Shown: piece by piece, positions 58,963 to 64,000 of the stretch
Numbering within the stretch: position 1 is the first letter of the stretch
Layout of the letters: every line of letters starts with the position of its first letter
Assembly (NCBI GenBank): GCA_009885955.1
Contig: VFJS01000056.1
Span: 15,941-79,940, forward strand
DNA length: 64,000 nt
Reading direction: 5' to 3'
DNA from: Spirochaetia bacterium
GTDB taxonomy: Bacteria; Spirochaetota; UBA4802; UBA5550
Program-made: the position numbers and the translations under genes
Notes under the pieces: generated by a model
Seen by the model: only the letters and a program-made list of their open reading frames with translations
What the model was told of the DNA's origin: nothing
Databases searched by the model: none

Positions 58963-59856
58963 TTATTTTAATACCGCTGCTTTGCCGAGAAGCGGGAAAC
59001 CCATTTCACGGCGAATCTCAATATATTTTTCAGCGCACCGCCTGGCTATGTTTCTGACCCTGGTAATATATCCCACCCTCTCGGTAACTGAAATTGCGCC
59101 TCTCGCATCAAGCATATTAAATGCGTGGGAGCACTTGAGCACGAAATCGTAAGCCGGAAGGACAACATTGACGGTGCCGTTATCAAGGATTGCATTGCAT
59201 TCCTTTTCAAAAAGATCAAAGAGCTTGAAATACATGTCAGGATTGGAGATATTGAAATTGTAATGGGAAAATTCAAATTCACTTTGAAAATGGATATCCC
59301 GGTAGGTAACATCCTTGTTCCATTTAATATCAAAGACGCTGTTGACCCCCTGGATGTACATGCATATCCTCTCAATTCCGTAGGTAAGTTCTACAGTCAC
59401 CGGATCGAGTTCTATGCTTCCGCACTGCTGGAAATAGGTGAACTGGGTGATCTCCATGCCATCGAGCCAGACCTCCCACCCGAGTCCCGATGCTCCAAGT
59501 GTCGGGGATTCCCAGTCGTCCTCGACAAACCGGACATCATGCTCCTTGAGGTTGATCCCGAGATACCGGAGGGATTCCAGGTATCTGTCCTGAATATCAA
59601 CAGGAGAAGGCTTTAATACGGCCTGATACTGGTAGTAATGCTGCAAACGGTTTGGATTCTCGCCGTACCTTCCGTCTGTAGGCCTCCTTGAAGGCTCCAC
59701 GTATCCGGCATTCCATGGCTCCGGACCGAGGACCCTGAGAAAAGTGGCCGGATTGAAAGTACCGGCCCCAACCTCCAGGTCGTATCCCTGTACAATTACA
59801 CATCCGTTACCGGCCCAGAATTCGTTGAGCTTTGCTATAAGTTCCTGAAAATACAT
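58963..59856 (-). CDS. glyQ: glycine--tRNA ligase alpha subunit
   Basis: [41 protein letters not shown], a family-specific N-terminus. 297 aa. Confidence 0.9.
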   Translation of the reverse strand: MYFQELIAKLNEFWAGNGCVIVQGYDLEVGAGTFNPATFLRVLGPEPWNAGYVEPSRRPTDGRYGENPNRLQHYYQYQAVLKPSPVDIQDRYLESLRYLGINLKEHDVRFVEDDWESPTLGASGLGWEVWLDGMEITQFTYFQQCGSIELDPVTVELTYGIERICMYIQGVNSVFDIKWNKDVTYRDIHFQSEFEFSHYNFNISNPDMYFKLFDLFEKECNAILDNGTVNVVLPAYDFVLKCSHAFNMLDARGAISVTERVGYITRVRNIARRCAEKYIEIRREMGFPLLGKAAVLK

Positions 59857-59972
59857 AATTCCGTCACAGTTTTAATTTTCTTGAAGCGGTCTTTAATAAT
59901 TGTTGTAATATTTTACTTTTTCGTCAAGTATTTTAATGCAGGATTAATAATTAAATATAAAAATTTATGGCG

Positions 59973-61466
59973 CTATGCGTATTCCTTTTGTATTGTCATG
60001 TGCAATGATTCAAAATTATTTTTTTTGCTGATATTGAAAAAATCAAGCACCGAGTCATCTACTATTTCAAATCTGGTTTTGTGTTCTTCAATATCAAGAA
60101 AAACTTCTGCAAGATGGACAATAAATATTAATTGTTTATAATTTTTTGGAGATAACTGGGGCCGGTGATGGAATTCAACAGCCTTGACAAGGGCATCATC
60201 GAATTTCCATCTTTCACATATCATGGCGCCCAGGGAACCGTGGCTTATCCCCAAACTTATCTCTTCCAGCAGATCCGAATTTTCAATCCCCTTGAATCCG
60301 GCAATTTTTTTCAGCTCCTGTATCATATGCTGGTCAATGGAGAGGAAAATAATGCTCCCTATATCTGCCAGAAGCCCGGCCAGGAATGCTGATTCGGTTA
60401 TGTCGGCATAATTATAATGGAGTGCGAGTTTGCGCGAGTAAAAGGCTCTTTTATTTGATCTTTTCCAGAGAATTTCATATTTCCTGTACTTTGCGCTGAT
60501 TATTTTTGTTACACCCGATGCCACCAGCAGCGTGTTAATTCCCTTAATGCCGATAACACCAACGGCTTCATGAATGCTGCTGATTGTATTTGCTGTAACA
60601 TAGCTTCCGGAATTGGACAGTTTTAATATGGACGCGGTCAGCGCCGGGTCATGTACAATTGTTTCGATAATTTGTTCGATAGGAGGCTCCGGGATTAAAC
60701 AGAGCTCCTGGATTTTTTTTATGTTATCAGGCAGTGACGGTATGTCGTTTATCTCATCAAGGAGTTCCTTGGCAATCCTGCTCCTGGTGCCGGCCTTGAT
60801 CATCCTCTTCGGTATTTTTATCGCAGCTGATGTTTCATCTCCGTTTCTTGAAATGGCCAGTGTGGAAGCCGGGAGGCCCGAATTTTTAAAGAGCATCATA
60901 GCCATGATAAGGCCAAGGCCTGCGCCTTCAGTATCGTCAAGGGTATCCTCAAAAGCCTCGGACATGTCCTTGTATTCATAAGCCCGTATGATCCTTGCAT
61001 TGACTTTTTTCAGTTCCCCGTCGAGGATCGGTATATTGTTTATAATATATATTTCTATATGCTCTTCTGTAACATTGAACCTGACTTTTACCGTGAATTC
61101 GGATTTCTGAAGTTTGTCAAATATTGCCGTGTCCTTTGTCTGGTAAGACTCTATTTTGAACGATGCCATCCCCTTTTCATAGTCTTCAGGTGAGAATATA
61201 TCGAGCCCCTTTACCCTGAAATAAAGCCTTTTAAGATTGGCCTTTACGGCATTGTTGACAATTTCCTTTACAATGCTGATCATTGTATTTTTCATGTAGA
61301 GGATGTCATACACTTCAAGATACCGGTGAATTATCTTGGTTAAAACAGTTTCAGTATCGCTTGAGAAAACATGGAAAAGTATATGAAATTCTTTTTTTTC
61401 ATTAATTGCTTTTGTGAAATCGGCAGGTACCGATGTATAATTTTTTTTAATGGTTTGTTTTTTCAT
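59973..61466 (-). CDS. GHKL-like ATPase domain fused to an HDOD domain
   Basis: N-terminal half paralogous to 50497..51177 (EIVNNAVKAN; DTEGAGLGLIMA). C-terminal HDOD (IPSLPDNIKKIQELCLIPEPPIEQIIETIVHDPALTASILKLSNS ..). Confidence 0.55.
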   Translation of the reverse strand: MKKQTIKKNYTSVPADFTKAINEKKEFHILFHVFSSDTETVLTKIIHRYLEVYDILYMKNTMISIVKEIVNNAVKANLKRLYFRVKGLDIFSPEDYEKGMASFKIESYQTKDTAIFDKLQKSEFTVKVRFNVTEEHIEIYIINNIPILDGELKKVNARIIRAYEYKDMSEAFEDTLDDTEGAGLGLIMAMMLFKNSGLPASTLAISRNGDETSAAIKIPKRMIKAGTRSRIAKELLDEINDIPSLPDNIKKIQELCLIPEPPIEQIIETIVHDPALTASILKLSNSGSYVTANTISSIHEAVGVIGIKGINTLLVASGVTKIISAKYRKYEILWKRSNKRAFYSRKLALHYNYADITESAFLAGLLADIGSIIFLSIDQHMIQELKKIAGFKGIENSDLLEEISLGISHGSLGAMICERWKFDDALVKAVEFHHRPQLSPKNYKQLIFIVHLAEVFLDIEEHKTRFEIVDDSVLDFFNISKKNNFESLHMTIQKEYA

Positions 61467-61622
61467 AATTATCCAGAGAACCCTTTTATCATGGGTTCAT
61501 GTATCAATAAAGAACTTTTTTAGTAATTTGTATATTTATTATCGTTTGTTTTACTCAATAATCTTAATCCATCTTTATGAATTTATAGGCATGTGAAGGA
61601 TTTGTGTAATAATTTATTAAAA

Positions 61623-64000
61623 TTACAGATGATTTATCCTGTTTCTACGGTTCTGGAGCATGCTGTCTAAGATAGAGCTGAAGCCCCAATACCACTGCTT
61701 TTCTCCGGGATCCTTGAATCCCCTGGCATATCCGGTGAAAAGAATAAAGTCATAATTATATCCGGCAGTGATTTTCATATTCATTTCTATGCCGGCGCTC
61801 GATTTGAAGTCTCTGAAAAATTCCTTCCGGGAGGTTGAATTTTTTAAGCCGGGATTTTTATCCCACACATCCCCCCATTCAGCAAACATGTTCAGCCAGA
61901 TGTCCCTGAACATGAGGGGAACAGTTTTGATCCCTGAATCCCTCTGTATCAGCGGCGCCCTGTATTCAATGGTCATTATGGCCGAATTGTCGCCGTATTT
62001 TGATCCTGCCGGATAGCCCCTGATTCCCCACTCGGCCTTTTCCATGGGGTCATCGGAACTGTTATTCTTGAATTTTCCCAGGTTGTACCTGGAGAGGTAA
62101 TCCTGGTTGTCCCTGGAATATCCCCCCCTTGCCCTTGCCATGAATATATGGTTCAGATCGAAACCGGGCAGGAATTCGGAATATTCCATCCTCCCTTTTA
62201 TTGTCCTGTTGTCGGATCCTATTTTTGAATGATAATAGTCGGCAAGGAGAAGTACGGTTCTTCCGTTTTCAAGGCCTATTGAATAGGTATAGGTCCTTGC
62301 ATTGTTGAAAATGTAGATCCACTGGACCCTGGGGAACGTGGCTTCGTAGGCGCTGACACCGCTGCCGGGGACAAAAAGGTCAATCCTTGCCTTTTCATAA
62401 ATATAGGAGAGCTGGGAGTACTGCTGATAGTTGAAATGGATGAAGGGGAAGTAGAGGCTTAAAAAGCCGAACCTCCGAAGCTCCCTTTCCAGCTCGTGTC
62501 TGTTTTTATCCTCCCATGGGAATGTGTCTTTGCCGTAAAAGAGCATTTCGTCCTTGTATCCTGTATGTATGTCAGGATAGAGGCCGGAATAGGTGTAGCT
62601 TGCTGTAACTGAGGCCCTTTTCTGGCGCACATGGGCAGCAGCGTCTATGGAGTAGGAATGGTTCATGAACGTATCCATGCCCATGACAATAAATCCCGGG
62701 GTAATATCGTTTTTACCGGGATACATCTCTTCTGTTAAAACATACGGCACCCTGACCGCAGGCATGATGGAATAGATGGGGCTGTAGGTATCAGGTTTCA
62801 GGATTGCCTGCGGTGTTGTGTATTCCTGTTTTTCCTCTGCCGCAAAGAATCCCGGCTCCAGCTTCGATGATGCCATGGCCTCTCCCTTCTGATTTACCGG
62901 CGGGTAGTCCATCAGGGCTATCATGCGGCCCTTCCCCCCGTATGATGCAAAGGCCAGGGTCTTCCCGTCTCCAGATACGTCCGGTGAAAATGCGCCGCCC
63001 AGGAGGTTGGTGATCCGGTACATCGTCCTGTCATCGAGCCTGTATTCGTAAAGATTATATACGCCGTCGCGGTCCGATGAAAAGACAATCCTTTTACCGT
63101 CGGGATGCCACGCCGGATCAATATCATTCTGCGGGTCGTTGGTCAGCCTTGTGTATTCCATGTTGCCGATATTCAAGAGCACAAGGTCGCTCCTCCCATT
63201 GGAATCCCTGACGACGAAGACAATCCCGCTTCCGTCCGGAGATATCCTGGGGTTGCCGATCTGCAAAGGCGAGTCTTTAATCAGAATTTTAATTGTTTTA
63301 AATTGCAGGTCAGTTATTTCCAGTGTGCTGTTTCCAAGCCTGTTTTTCAAAACGAGTGCCCTTTTTCCGTCCGGGAATATGTCCACATGGCTCCCCCTGA
63401 GGCCCGTGGTAATGCGCCGGTATTTTTTATCATACACATGGATGTCATAAAAGGTGGAGAAGGTGTTATAGAACTCGATATCCGAGATATACGCCTCCCC
63501 TGAGGGTGATAGGGAGAGGCTGTTAGGATAATTTACGCGGCTGAGTTTTTCCATTTTCCCTGCGGGGAGTTCGTATTTTATCAGCATGTCGTCAGTGCGC
63601 GGGGAGTTGCTGATAAAATATATGGACTTCCCGTCCCTTGCAAACCTGGGCAGAATTGAGTCATCTTCCGGCGGCGATATGGTCCTGGACTGCGTAACCG
63701 TTTTCAGCCTTATATCTTCTATCTGCCGGTTATATCTCTCCTTTATGGATTTTTCCCACTCCCTCCAGAGTACCGGAAAGGATTTTTTATATACATCCTT
63801 CACATCCTTGTTGAAAAAGTAGGGTATGGGATAAATATTATCGGAAAAGGGGACTATGTTGTCGGAGTTTCTATGGAAGAATTTTTCAATTGAACCAGCG
63901 CCGTATGTCTGTTCCAGGTATCCAATGAACATGCCGCCGTAAAGGTACGGGACATTTCCCCTGGGCCATTCCCTGGGGAAATGGGATGCCTGATCTATGG
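61623..64000 (-). CDS. large TolB-like beta-propeller (PD40-repeat) protein, 5' end beyond the window
   Basis: Repeated PD40-type units (SPDGSGIVFVVRDSNGRSDL, HPDGKRIVFSSDRDGVYNLYEY, SPDVSGDGKTLAFASYG). Reading frame stays open to position 64000. Confidence 0.55.
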   Translation of the reverse strand, partial: IDQASHFPREWPRGNVPYLYGGMFIGYLEQTYGAGSIEKFFHRNSDNIVPFSDNIYPIPYFFNKDVKDVYKKSFPVLWREWEKSIKERYNRQIEDIRLKTVTQSRTISPPEDDSILPRFARDGKSIYFISNSPRTDDMLIKYELPAGKMEKLSRVNYPNSLSLSPSGEAYISDIEFYNTFSTFYDIHVYDKKYRRITTGLRGSHVDIFPDGKRALVLKNRLGNSTLEITDLQFKTIKILIKDSPLQIGNPRISPDGSGIVFVVRDSNGRSDLVLLNIGNMEYTRLTNDPQNDIDPAWHPDGKRIVFSSDRDGVYNLYEYRLDDRTMYRITNLLGGAFSPDVSGDGKTLAFASYGGKGRMIALMDYPPVNQKGEAMASSKLEPGFFAAEEKQEYTTPQAILKPDTYSPIYSIMPAVRVPYVLTEEMYPGKNDITPGFIVMGMDTFMNHSYSIDAAAHVRQKRASVTASYTYSGLYPDIHTGYKDEMLFYGKDTFPWEDKNRHELERELRRFGFLSLYFPFIHFNYQQYSQLSYIYEKARIDLFVPGSGVSAYEATFPRVQWIYIFNNARTYTYSIGLENGRTVLLLADYYHSKIGSDNRTIKGRMEYSEFLPGFDLNHIFMARARGGYSRDNQDYLSRYNLGKFKNNSSDDPMEKAEWGIRGYPAGSKYGDNSAIMTIEYRAPLIQRDSGIKTVPLMFRDIWLNMFAEWGDVWDKNPGLKNSTSRKEFFRDFKSSAGIEMNMKITAGYNYDFILFTGYARGFKDPGEKQWYWGFSSILDSMLQNRRNRINHL

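Noticed and set aside
1-64000. tRNA, rRNA or tmRNA genes
   Set aside because: No T-loop (GGTTCGAATCC-like) plus acceptor-stem pairs or rRNA-like conserved blocks were seen anywhere in the window.

Overview
The window has the gene content of an anaerobic, probably sulfate-reducer-like bacterium (possibly Desulfobacterota; taxon not resolvable from sequence). Coding density is high on both strands, overall GC is moderate with a few AT-rich intergenic stretches, and no rRNA, tRNA or CRISPR array was found. Housekeeping and metabolic genes (coordinates in the features list) include: a LuxR response regulator divergent from a hybrid sensor kinase followed by a GAF-GGDEF protein; an acyl-CoA synthetase; panB; a folE-folB-AICAR transformylase cluster; a GT4 glycosyltransferase; a RACo-like corrinoid activase; a pyruvate/2-oxoacid:ferredoxin oxidoreductase cluster (gamma, a GltD-like-ferredoxin fusion, alpha, beta); a flavodiiron protein; copA; a TolC-like protein; a Nudix hydrolase; an orphan fliG; a DEAD-box helicase; rsgA; an ABC ATPase; a PfkB kinase; nrnA; and glyQ. 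Three things stand out. (1) A sulfur-carrier-protein-linked sulfate assimilation locus, approximately 38.6-48.3 kb: a ThiS/MoaD-like carrier ending in GG plus extra residues, a ThiF/MoeB-like E1 enzyme, and a single 903-aa protein fusing a JAMM/MPN+ metalloprotease domain to a siroheme-type sulfite reductase and a C-terminal TusA domain. These are followed by a DUF2061 protein, an Fe-S (APS-type) CysH, CysD, a CysN whose C-terminal APS-kinase-like domain has lost its P-loop, a LarE-like PP-loop ATPase and an Rrf2 regulator. (2) A candidate porin-cytochrome electron conduit at 13.5-17.3 kb: an outer-membrane beta-barrel, a roughly 21-heme cytochrome c and an 8-heme cytochrome c. (3) Two short non-coding repeat families: a GC-rich palindromic REP-like element in 11 copies, mostly as inverted doublets (REPIN-like), and a TCACGGATTCA motif found 50-300 bp upstream of several gene starts. 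There are also gene-decay scars (a DUF47-pitA deletion fusion and an ArsC-like fragment), a protein with an internal tandem duplication, and two paralogous GHKL-like ATPase domains, one fused to HDOD.
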